From Longimicrobiales bacterium (GTDB taxonomy: Bacteria; Gemmatimonadota; Gemmatimonadetes; Longimicrobiales; Gaopeijiaceae), in NCBI GenBank assembly GCA_041690395.1, contig JAWLHJ010000007.1:1-64000 (forward strand): 64,000 nt of DNA. The letters are read 5' to 3'. The translations under genes and the position numbers were made by a program. Shown here piece after piece: positions 55,745 to 64,000 of this stretch. Position 1 is the first letter of the stretch. Each line of letters begins with the position of its first letter. The notes below the pieces were generated by a model that was not told the origin of the DNA, did no database searches, and saw nothing but the letters and a program-made list of their open reading frames with translations.

Positions 55745-57853
55745 ATGGACCCGCGCAACTCCTGGCCTGTACGCCCGGCCACGATGCTCGCCCTCTTCGC
55801 GACGTTGACGCTCACCCTCGTGGCTGCTTGCGGCGAATCGCCGACGGCGCCCCCCGCCGGAAACGGCGACCCCGATCCGGATCCACCCGCGGACACCGTG
55901 CCCCCGATCGAACAGCTACCGGTGTCCAATCTCACCCGGGACGACCTCGAGGCGACGGGGACGGTGGTCGATACGGAGGACGGCTTCACCGTGGATGGCG
56001 CGCTCACCATGACAACGAGCGACACCAGCGCGGTCACCTTCACGAACGCGGAGCTCGTCGTGCGCCACGACGAGCAGGGTCGCGTGCGTAGCATCAGCGG
56101 GAAGGCCGAGATCCCCTCACCGCACGAGCGTATCGAATTCGAAGACCCCGTGCGGGCCGACGTGGGCTTCTTTCCCGGGAAGTGGCTGAACGAGAACCGG
56201 GACCTGGGGATCACGCTTCAGGAGGACACGGACTACTTCGTGTTCGATTTCGAGGCGCGCCTCCAGATGAACATCGCGACCGGGGAGACCGGTGAGGACG
56301 CGGTCCGGGCCGTGTCGGTGCAGGCTCCGGTCGGCGGCCGGGCGCTCATGGTGATGGATTTCGCCGATCCCATGTACTACGTGTACGGCCAGCAGGACCT
56401 GCTGGGGAACGTCGGGACGGGGTGGTCGCTCAACCAGCGGATCCCGTTCCGGCCGAGCCGAAGCGTGGGGGCCGGCGTGGTCGACTTCGGCGCCTTCGAC
56501 GGGGGCGCGATCCGCAAGGGCTCGTTCCCGATCTTCAAGATCATCAAGGTGACCGGGGTCTCCGTGGACAACGCGTACACGGAGTTCCACATGAGCACCG
56601 AGGACCCGCTGTCGTCCGATCTTCGCGTCGGCTACCGGCTGGGCTCCGAAGGGGAGGCTGAGCTCGACCTCGGCATCAAGGACATGGTCGGGATCTCGAT
56701 CCCGCTGGCGTCGTCGAGCTCGGGGGTCTGGGCGGAGGCGAGCGTGCAGGACGTTTTCAACGGCTACTACTACGCCGAGGGCCAGACGTCCGACGACCGC
56801 TCGTGGTGGCCGAGCTTCATTCCGGTGAAGCCGGCCAACGTGCTGGCGGCGAACGCCTATGTGACCAGCGAGGGCGCCTTCGAAGTCGGGCTGTCGGGCA
56901 CATACGGCTGGGAGTTTCCCGACGGGCTCCACACCATGGGCGGCGTCTTCAACCTGAACAACGACGCCATGCTCCTCGAAGGCCGGGTGGTCTCGGGCGA
57001 CATCGAATACGCCGTGGGCGGCCGTGTCACCGAGCAGGAGACCCGCGCGTACTTCCAGCCACCCCAACAGCTCATGGACGAGATCGCCTCGACGGTGAAC
57101 GACGAAGTGCTTCCGCGGATCGACGAGGCGGAGGCGGCCTGGAACGATGTCCAGGAAGCCACCCAGGACTACGAGTTCGAGTTGAGCCTGCGGGGTCTGC
57201 GTGAGGACATCCCGCCGATGATCGACGAGGGGAGGGCCCAGCTTTCGGCGGGCGTCGCGTCTGCGATCGCCCAGCAGGACGGAAAGGCCTGGGAGAGTGA
57301 CTTCCGGTCGAAGATCACCGCCGCGGACAACGTCTACCACGATCAGCTCACCCAGCTCCGGAACGCCGCGACCAACGCGACCGACAACGCCACGACGCGC
57401 GCGGTGCTCGAGCGGGAGCTCAGGGAGATGGCTGCGCGCAAGATCTTCAGCTTCACGTATCGCTACCAGGTCTTCGGCGTGACCGTGTACTCGACGACCG
57501 TCACCCGCCGGATCCTCTCGGACACCCAGGCGAACCGACTCCTGCAAGCCGCCGACAACGTGCACCGTATCGGCGAGACGTCGGACATCAAGGTCCAGAT
57601 GGAGCAGGTCTACGAGACCGTGAACGAGCGCGAGCTCTTCGAGGACGTGCGTGACGACCTCGAGAACGGCGTGCTGCGCATGGCGGCCATCGACGAGATG
57701 GGCTTCGTGGTCGTGCACGACGAAGGCAGCTTCGGCCTGTACGCGGGAATCGCCGGCGAGCACTACGAGCTCGGTACGATCTCGGCGCTGACCATCGAGG
57801 AGCTCATGAAGGAGCTCCCTGACGCGATGATCGAGGCGCTGCGGGGGAACTGA
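55745..57853 (+). CDS. large hypothetical lipoprotein
   Basis: RBS ggagg + ATG; lipobox VAAC; beta-rich N-terminal part and helical C-terminal part; coding-like codon bias. Confidence 0.8.
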   Translation: MDPRNSWPVRPATMLALFATLTLTLVAACGESPTAPPAGNGDPDPDPPADTVPPIEQLPVSNLTRDDLEATGTVVDTEDGFTVDGALTMTTSDTSAVTFTNAELVVRHDEQGRVRSISGKAEIPSPHERIEFEDPVRADVGFFPGKWLNENRDLGITLQEDTDYFVFDFEARLQMNIATGETGEDAVRAVSVQAPVGGRALMVMDFADPMYYVYGQQDLLGNVGTGWSLNQRIPFRPSRSVGAGVVDFGAFDGGAIRKGSFPIFKIIKVTGVSVDNAYTEFHMSTEDPLSSDLRVGYRLGSEGEAELDLGIKDMVGISIPLASSSSGVWAEASVQDVFNGYYYAEGQTSDDRSWWPSFIPVKPANVLAANAYVTSEGAFEVGLSGTYGWEFPDGLHTMGGVFNLNNDAMLLEGRVVSGDIEYAVGGRVTEQETRAYFQPPQQLMDEIASTVNDEVLPRIDEAEAAWNDVQEATQDYEFELSLRGLREDIPPMIDEGRAQLSAGVASAIAQQDGKAWESDFRSKITAADNVYHDQLTQLRNAATNATDNATTRAVLERELREMAARKIFSFTYRYQVFGVTVYSTTVTRRILSDTQANRLLQAADNVHRIGETSDIKVQMEQVYETVNERELFEDVRDDLENGVLRMAAIDEMGFVVVHDEGSFGLYAGIAGEHYELGTISALTIEELMKELPDAMIEALRGN

Positions 57854-58274
57854 CGCGCGGAGACGGGGCCGGGGCGGGGGGCGGTTCCCTGGCCCCGGCT
57901 CCACCCGACGCCACTCGGCGCGGCTCCCGGACCGGGGCCTCTCGCCGGTTGTGGCGCCCGTCCATCGCCTTTCGGTCGGTGAGACGATCGCGTGGATGCG
58001 CCCAGGAGCGGCCGGACTGCGCGTGCCGAAGCATCCGCCGTGCCACCGGGGGAAGTCCCTGGTCTGAATGGATTTGTGACGACGCGACCCTCCATGTCGG
58101 CAACGAATCCCGCCCTGCGGCATGGAATGCAGCCTGCTCGCGATGTGGCGCCTATGCAACGGCACGTCCTGTTCCGGTCGAGCACTTAGTGCCTCGAAAG
58201 GAGCGAGCCGGTCCTGGTCCAGTGACCCACCGAAAACCCATGCGCGCCAAGCGATATCGCCTGTCTGAAGTGCC

Positions 58275-58290
58275 GGGGCACACCGGTTGC
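58275..58290 (+). promoter_or_regulatory. sigma54-like promoter upstream of flp
   Basis: GGCAC-ACCGG-TTGC (GG-N10-GC) about 90 nt before the flp ATG. Confidence 0.6.
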
Positions 58291-58379
58291 CCCCCATGTG
58301 TGCCACGTGGCGCGGCGTCCGCAGTGACCCGCCGACTCTCACTTCACGCATGCGGCCCGAGCGGGCCGAGGAGCACACG

Positions 58380-58583
58380 ATGCAGGCAATGTTCGCGCGG
58401 TTCTGGAGCGACGACTCCGGGCAGGGGCTCACCGAGTACGCGCTGATTCTGGCGCTGGTCTCGATCGGGCTCATCGCGGTTCTGGTGGTCTTCCGTGATG
58501 CCATCGGCGGCATCTTCGACCGGGTCGCCCAGGTTCTCCAGGGTGCGCCTTCGGAAGGCTTCACCCCGGGCGCCGGCGGCTGA
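58380..58583 (+). CDS. flp: Flp/type IVc pilin
   Basis: DDSG|QGLTEYALILAL Flp motif. Confidence 0.93.
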   Translation: MQAMFARFWSDDSGQGLTEYALILALVSIGLIAVLVVFRDAIGGIFDRVAQVLQGAPSEGFTPGAGG

Positions 58584-58710
58584 GCCGGACGCCCCGCCTT
58601 CGGTTGAACGCCCTCGGGCGTCGGGCGGCACCCGGGTCAGACCGGTGGTCGTCCGGCGCGCGGGGCGGGCCGGGGCACGCTTCCCCCCCATCCCCCCACG
58701 AGTCGATCCG

Positions 58711-59253
58711 ATGCCTTCGCTATCACCCATCTTCTCGGAGCTGCTGCCCGCGACGCTGATCGTCGTCCTCGGCCTGGCCGTGTGGTTCGACGTACGCGAG
58801 CAGCGGATTCCGAACGTGGTCACGGCGGGAGGCTTCCTCGCCTTCCTGGCCGCCCGCGCGGTCGTGGGTCCGGAGGCATTCCTCTCCGGTCTCGCCGGAG
58901 GCGTGGTCGGTCTCGTGCTCGGGATCGCGCTGTTCGCGGCCGGTGCGATGGGCGCGGGGGATGGAAAGCTGTTGGCGGCCGTCGGGGCCGCGCTCGGTCT
59001 CGAGGTCTTCCTCCTGTGTCTTCCCCTCATCGGCGCGTTCGGGGGATTCCTCGCGCTGGTGGAGGCCGGAAGGAGCGGGACGCTGATCGCGACGTTGCTG
59101 CGCTTCCGGCAGCTCCTCTTCTACGTGGTGACCTTCGGCCGCATCGGCGCGCGCAGGACGCTCGCCATGCCCGGTGCCGTCACGGTCCCCTACGGCGTCG
59201 CCGTCGCTGCGGGCGCGGCCACGGCGTGGCTCGGATGGGGACTCGGGCTATGA
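58711..59253 (+). CDS. cpaA: prepilin peptidase (A24, CpaA/TadV)
   Basis: FDVREQRIPN, GAGDGKL, VPYGVA. Confidence 0.9.
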   Translation: MPSLSPIFSELLPATLIVVLGLAVWFDVREQRIPNVVTAGGFLAFLAARAVVGPEAFLSGLAGGVVGLVLGIALFAAGAMGAGDGKLLAAVGAALGLEVFLLCLPLIGAFGGFLALVEAGRSGTLIATLLRFRQLLFYVVTFGRIGARRTLAMPGAVTVPYGVAVAAGAATAWLGWGLGL

Positions 59254-59672
59254 GTCCCCGCTCGCTCGGCCTTTGGCGGTCCCGGAGCGGTCAGGCACTC
59301 ACCGAGTTCGCACTCGTCGTTCCGGTACTCCTGCTGATGATCCTGGGGCTCGCGGAGTTCTCACGCGCCTGGAGCACCAAGCAGGTCCTTACCGACGCCG
59401 CCCGTGAGGCACTCCGGAGCTCGGTCGTGGCCAACCCCGACTTCACCTACGAGGCGATGCGGTCCCTCGTCGACCAGGCGCTCGTCCGCGCCGCGCTCGA
59501 TCCGTCCAAAGCCGACGTCGCGGTGGACGGTTGGAAGGCCGGCACCGGCACGCCGGCCCGCATCCGCATCGACTACCTGTACGAGTTCGGCTTCCTCGGT
59601 CCCGTCGTGGGATGGGCCACCGGCGGCCGGAGTCTCGCCCTCACCACCTCCTTCGTCATGCGCAACGAGTGA
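59250..59672 (+). CDS. tadE: TadE-like pseudopilin
   Basis: SGQALTEFALV.P, AAREA, C-terminal MRNE. Confidence 0.9.
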   Translation: MSPRSLGLWRSRSGQALTEFALVVPVLLLMILGLAEFSRAWSTKQVLTDAAREALRSSVVANPDFTYEAMRSLVDQALVRAALDPSKADVAVDGWKAGTGTPARIRIDYLYEFGFLGPVVGWATGGRSLALTTSFVMRNE

Positions 59673-59685
59673 TCGGAAGACCCCT

Positions 59686-60528
59686 ATGAACACCTCAAGA
59701 ACATGGTGGATGCTCTTCGGGGCGGCCGTCTCCGGGCTTCTGGCCGGGTACGTCGCGCTGGTCTACGTGAGTGAGGAGCCGACGCCCCTGCAGGCGGCGA
59801 CCCCTTCGCGGACCATCGTGGTTGCTGCCCGGGATCTTCCCGCCGGGACCATCGTCAGCCGGGAGGACGTGGAGGCGGTGGCCTGGCCCGGCTCGGCGGT
59901 GCCCGAGGGGATCGCCCAGCAGGCCGGCGACGTCGTCGGCCGAGGGTTGATCGTGGAGGTTCGCAAGAGCGAGCCGATGCTGGCCTGGAAGATGGCGGAC
60001 CGGGAGGCCGGAGGCGGGCTCCCGATCACGATTCCCGAGGGGATGCGGGCCGTTTCCGTCGAGGTCGACGAAGTGGTGGGCGTTGCCGGCTTCGTTCTCC
60101 CCGGGACCCGGGTCGACGTCCTCGCGACGGTCATGCCCGGCACGGACCGGACCCAGACGACGACCCGGATCATCCTGCAGAACGTGCGCGCGCTCGCCGC
60201 GGATCAGCGCTATCAGCAGGACATCCAGGGCGAGCCGCAGTACGTGACGGTGGTGACGCTCCTGGTCACCCCCGAGCAGGCGGAGGCCCTCACGCTGGCC
60301 GCCACGGAGGGCCGCATCCAACTGGCCCTACGCAACACGCTGGACGCCGACGAGGTCGAGACCTCGGGACGGAGGATCATCTCGCTCCTGACCGTTGGGG
60401 GGCCGAGCGCGCCCCGCGCCACCTCGACACCCCGGCCGGTCACGCCGGTCGACCCGGAGCGTGTGATCGAGAGCTACGAAGGTGGTCAGAGAACCCTGCT
60501 GCGATTCGGAACCGGAGGCGGTCGATGA
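59686..60528 (+). CDS. cpaB: Flp pilus assembly protein CpaB/RcpC
   Basis: SAF domain VVAARDLPAG; GMRAVSV, GVAGFVLPG.RVDV, ILQNV. Confidence 0.92.
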   Translation: MNTSRTWWMLFGAAVSGLLAGYVALVYVSEEPTPLQAATPSRTIVVAARDLPAGTIVSREDVEAVAWPGSAVPEGIAQQAGDVVGRGLIVEVRKSEPMLAWKMADREAGGGLPITIPEGMRAVSVEVDEVVGVAGFVLPGTRVDVLATVMPGTDRTQTTTRIILQNVRALAADQRYQQDIQGEPQYVTVVTLLVTPEQAEALTLAATEGRIQLALRNTLDADEVETSGRRIISLLTVGGPSAPRATSTPRPVTPVDPERVIESYEGGQRTLLRFGTGGGR

Positions 60529-61811
60529 AGGGCTCGTGGAAGGTGGCGATTCTGGTGGTGGCGACGGTCCTGAGCACGGCCCGTCCGGCCTCGGCGCAGC
60601 GGTTCATCACCGAGCCGGAGGGCTCCGTGAGCCTGGCCAGGGGAACGTCGGCGGTGCTCGTGAGTCCGGTCCAGTTCAACCGGATCTCCATGGCGGACCC
60701 GGAGGTCGCCGAAGCGGTGGTGATGTCGCCGACCGAGGTCCTCATCAACGGCCGCAACCTCGGGAGCACGACGTTCGTGGTCTGGGACGAGGCGGGAGTT
60801 CGGAGGATCTACGGCGTGGAAGTCACGGCCGACGCAGGCGCCCTCGGACGGTCCTTCGCCACGCTCTTCCCGAACGAGACGATCGATGTCCAGGCCCGGG
60901 GCAACACCCTGATCCTCTCGGGGCCCGTCAGCTCGGCCTTCGTGGCCCGGCGCGCGCTCGAGCTGGCCGAAGGTACGGGGGCCGTCCTGATCAACAACCT
61001 GCAGACCCCCGCGCCGAGCCAGATCCTGTTGCACGTGCAGTTCGCGGAGGTCAGCCGGACCGCGCTGGCCGGTATGGGTAACCAGGTCGTCGACGTCCTC
61101 AACCCGCACGAGATCCACGAGAGCGGCGACTGGCGGGGGCAGACCGACTCGGATGGTGCCATCGAGCTCTCGCTCATCAACAGCAACGCACACCTGCGGA
61201 CCATCCTGAACGCGTTCCGGGAGAGCGGAGACTTCAGGAGCCTGGCGGAGCCGACGCTGCTCGCGCTCGACGGCGAGACGGCGTCGTTCCTGGCGGGCGG
61301 TGAGTTCCCCTTCCCGACGGTGCAGGGCGCCCAGAACAGCAACGCGGTGAGCATCGAGTGGCGGGAGTTCGGGGTGCGCCTCGACTTCACGCCCTCGGTC
61401 ACGAACATCGGAAACATCCGGCTCGACATCGCGCCGGAGGTGTCGTCGCTCGACTTCGCCAGTGGGCTCACGATCTCCGGCTTCCAGATGCCGACGATCC
61501 TGTCGCGGCGCACGGAGACGCAGGTCGAGCTCCGCGAGGGACAGCACCTGGTGATCGCGGGGCTGCTCGACCGGTCCATCCAGGAGAGCATCCGGAAGAT
61601 CCCGCTCCTCGGTGACATCCCGATCCTCGGTTCGCTGTTCCGGTCGTCCGACGACCGCCAGCAGGTGACCGAGCTCCTGGTGATCGTCTCGCCGCGGATC
61701 GTGGAGCCGGTGGACACGCGTCCCGACCTGCCGACCGGAGCTCCGGAGGACTGGGATTGGGATGACCGGCTCGCACCCGCCGACACGACGCGGACCGGGC
61801 CCGGGCGCTGA
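60525..61811 (+). CDS. cpaC: Tad secretin CpaC/RcpA
   Basis: LAEPTL, ASFLAGGEFP, KIPLLGDIPILGSLFRS. Confidence 0.93.
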   Translation: MKGSWKVAILVVATVLSTARPASAQRFITEPEGSVSLARGTSAVLVSPVQFNRISMADPEVAEAVVMSPTEVLINGRNLGSTTFVVWDEAGVRRIYGVEVTADAGALGRSFATLFPNETIDVQARGNTLILSGPVSSAFVARRALELAEGTGAVLINNLQTPAPSQILLHVQFAEVSRTALAGMGNQVVDVLNPHEIHESGDWRGQTDSDGAIELSLINSNAHLRTILNAFRESGDFRSLAEPTLLALDGETASFLAGGEFPFPTVQGAQNSNAVSIEWREFGVRLDFTPSVTNIGNIRLDIAPEVSSLDFASGLTISGFQMPTILSRRTETQVELREGQHLVIAGLLDRSIQESIRKIPLLGDIPILGSLFRSSDDRQQVTELLVIVSPRIVEPVDTRPDLPTGAPEDWDWDDRLAPADTTRTGPGR

Positions 61812-61841
61812 GCGCGGACTCAGGAAACGGAGAGCAAGATC

Positions 61842-63350
61842 ATGAGCGATTCGATGCGGAACGAGCGGAAGACCCTGTGGCGCCGGTGGCGGTCGGACCA
61901 GCGCGGCTCGGTATCGGTCATCGTGGCGCTCTCGATGTCCGCGCTGCTGGCTCTGCTGGCGCTCGGGATCGATCTGGGTGCTCTGTTCGACGCCCGCTCC
62001 GAGGCGCAACGCGCGGCCGACGCTGCCGCGCTCGCGGGAGCCAGTGCGTTTCTCGACTTCCAGCAGGCCCAGGCGCAGCAGGCCGCCGTGATCCGCGCCA
62101 CGGAGTTCGCGACGGGAAACGCGATCCGGAGTGAGCCGATCGCCCCGGAGGACGTGAGCGTCGCGGTCGATGTCGACGCCTCGACGGTCCGGGCCCGGGT
62201 GCAGCGAACCGGTGTGCCCACCTGGTTCGCGCGGCTCGTCGGAATCGACTCGGTCGACATCGGGGCCGAGGCCACCGCCTGGGCCGGGAGCGCCGGGGCC
62301 GCGCAGTGCGTGAAGCCGTTCGCGGTGCCCGACATGTGGGAGGAGCGCTCCGACGATGTGAACGGGAACCGCATCTGGGACGAGGGCGAGCGTTGGAGCT
62401 ACGACCCCGGGAGCGGCGACCGGTACGCGGGCTACAGCGGGGGCGGGAGTGGCGTCGATGAGACCGGCTACGGGAGCGGGTGGCGCGACGGGCGCGTGGA
62501 CGCCGATGGACAGCGGTTCGACGGCGACTACGGACGGCGCATCACCATCAAGGTCACGAACCCGCGCGACACGTTCGTCCCGTCGTTCTTCCTGCCCTGG
62601 GTGCTCCCCGGCGACGACGGGCAGGCGGAGTGCGGGTCCGGCCTGCCCGGCGGTGGCGGGAACGGCGGCGGTGGCAATGGAAACGGCGGTGGGAATGGGA
62701 ACGGTGGCGGTGGGAATGGCGGCGACCCTGACGGGGGCGACGGGGCGGCGGATCCGCCCGGCGAAGGAAATGGAGGTGCCCTCGGCTGGTTGAAGTGGTG
62801 GGAGAAGCGTGAAGACCTCGGCGTCCCGAGTGGTGGGGGAGGCGGGAACGGTGGTGGGGCCGGCGGCTCGGGCGGCGGCGGCGTCTCGGGCGGCACCGGT
62901 GGTGGTGTGCGTCGCGTGGACGGACCGCGCGGTGCGGCTGCTTATCGGCGAAACATCTGCTCCTGCAACCGCTCCATCATCGATCTCGACAGCGAATACC
63001 TCATCGAGCCGGGCAACATGGTCGGGCCCACGCATCAGGGCGTCAGTGCCCTGATCGCTATGGACCCGGACGCCTACTGGGACGACCGCACCGGCACCGT
63101 CGTGAGCGAGTACGGCATGGACAGCCCTCGCGTGGTCACGGTCGGCCTCTTCAATCCGGCCGAGATCAAGAAGCCCGGCCGCCAGTACATCCGCTTCAAC
63201 AACTTCGCCCGGGTCTTCATCGAGGAGCAGGCATCTCGCCAGGACCCGGTCACGGGCCGTTTCCTCTACTACGTGCGCGGAGCGGGGCTGGCCGGCCGGG
63301 CGGGTGAGACGACCGGCTCTCTCGTACGCGTGCTGCAACTCATCAAGTGA
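61842..63350 (+). CDS. tadG: TadG-like tip pilin with a Gly-rich insertion
   Basis: RG cleavage site + TM, AQRAADAAALAGA, CVKPFAVPD, EPGNMVGPT. Confidence 0.8.
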   Translation: MSDSMRNERKTLWRRWRSDQRGSVSVIVALSMSALLALLALGIDLGALFDARSEAQRAADAAALAGASAFLDFQQAQAQQAAVIRATEFATGNAIRSEPIAPEDVSVAVDVDASTVRARVQRTGVPTWFARLVGIDSVDIGAEATAWAGSAGAAQCVKPFAVPDMWEERSDDVNGNRIWDEGERWSYDPGSGDRYAGYSGGGSGVDETGYGSGWRDGRVDADGQRFDGDYGRRITIKVTNPRDTFVPSFFLPWVLPGDDGQAECGSGLPGGGGNGGGGNGNGGGNGNGGGGNGGDPDGGDGAADPPGEGNGGALGWLKWWEKREDLGVPSGGGGGNGGGAGGSGGGGVSGGTGGGVRRVDGPRGAAAYRRNICSCNRSIIDLDSEYLIEPGNMVGPTHQGVSALIAMDPDAYWDDRTGTVVSEYGMDSPRVVTVGLFNPAEIKKPGRQYIRFNNFARVFIEEQASRQDPVTGRFLYYVRGAGLAGRAGETTGSLVRVLQLIK

Positions 63351-64000
63351 GCGACGACATGAACGGCTTCGAACACGACGGATCGCGGCAGCACGGTGCG
63401 CCCCAGCAGCTCGGGGCCGTGCTGGTGTCATCCGACGAGCGGATCCGGGACACCGTGTTCCGATGCATCCAGGACCTCGGGCTGCCCCTTCAGGTGGGCC
63501 TCGAGATCACGGCACCCGAGCGACCGCTTCATCCGGAGCACGTCGAGCGGCTGCGCGCGAGCAACCCGCACGTCGTGCTGCTCGACATGGCCAGGGACCC
63601 CGAAGGCTCGATACGGGCGGCCGCGGCCATCGCCGCCGGTACCCCTCGTGCCGCCATCGTGGGGGTCGGACCGGAGCTCGAGTCGTCTCGGTTGCTCGAC
63701 GCCATGCGTGCAGGCCTGGTGGAGTATCTGCCGCAGCCCGTGGACGCGGCACAGATGGCGGATGCGCTATCGAGGGTCATGAGGAAGCGTGGTTGGGGCG
63801 ACGTGGCCGACGGCCATCGCCTCGGGAAGCTACTCGCCTTCTTCTCTCCCAAGGGTGGATCGGGATCGACGTCCGTGGTCACCAACGTCGGGATCGAGCT
63901 CCACCGCATGACCGGCCGCAAGACGCTCCTGGTGGATCTGGACCTCGAGCTCGGCGAGATCGCGTCGCTCCTCGGCGTGCGGCCGCGGTTCCACTTCGTG
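63347..64000 (+). CDS. cpaE: CpaE/TadZ receiver + ParA-like ATPase, partial; runs off the window edge
   Basis: Receiver-like region (AMRAGLVEYL), then FFSPKGGSGSTS and LLVDLDL..GE. Confidence 0.88.
   Translation, partial: MSDDMNGFEHDGSRQHGAPQQLGAVLVSSDERIRDTVFRCIQDLGLPLQVGLEITAPERPLHPEHVERLRASNPHVVLLDMARDPEGSIRAAAAIAAGTPRAAIVGVGPELESSRLLDAMRAGLVEYLPQPVDAAQMADALSRVMRKRGWGDVADGHRLGKLLAFFSPKGGSGSTSVVTNVGIELHRMTGRKTLLVDLDLELGEIASLLGVRPRFHFV

Noticed and set aside
57860..58379. c-di-GMP riboswitch upstream of flp
   Set aside because: The conserved class I core motifs could not be found by eye; an Rfam scan would be needed.
56117..63431. Long antisense ORFs (56117-58564, 60486-63431; likewise 37543-39507)
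   Set aside because: They mirror well-supported genes on the opposite strand and have no recognisable motifs.

Overview
High-GC bacterial chromosomal window. The gene mix (several PQQ dehydrogenases, Tat/lipoprotein hydrolases, a kinase-linked ECF sigma, a Tad locus) is suggestive of Gemmatimonadota; this is an inference only. Content in order: an intact tRNA-Ser(TGA) flanked by two tRNA-derived copies that each carry a 92-nt structured insert at the same T-loop position; a kdpE / short kdpD / small unknown gene / ktrB / ktrA potassium locus with tandem operator-like repeats; malate synthase and a trans-sulfuration enzyme; a metzincin; an accessory-looking metal/sulfur block (ArsR-rhodanese + MFS, broken methyltransferase, ECF/anti-sigma operon with an MDHGG-repeat protein, frameshifted DUF3179, Cys-tailed MarR); hemQ, a DsbA-family gene, CBS pyrophosphatase, a di-heme cytochrome and an ABC exporter; a hemerythrin / ric / SufR-like cluster; a sugar kinase / nucleotidyltransferase / PQQ operon; a SatD + DUF3307 pair preceded by a four-site operator-like array; an RCC1/FN3 lipoprotein, cysK, PadR, an orphan pilin, hrpB and a Ser/Thr kinase-ECF pair; and the start of a Tad/Flp pilus operon. 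The two best candidates for undescribed biology are the tRNA T-loop insertion element (390-885) and the SatD cyclase-like/HTH + membrane metal-hydrolase module with its operator array (39697-41309). No integrase, transposase, CRISPR array or rRNA was seen. All family calls come from motif recognition by eye; no database searches were run.
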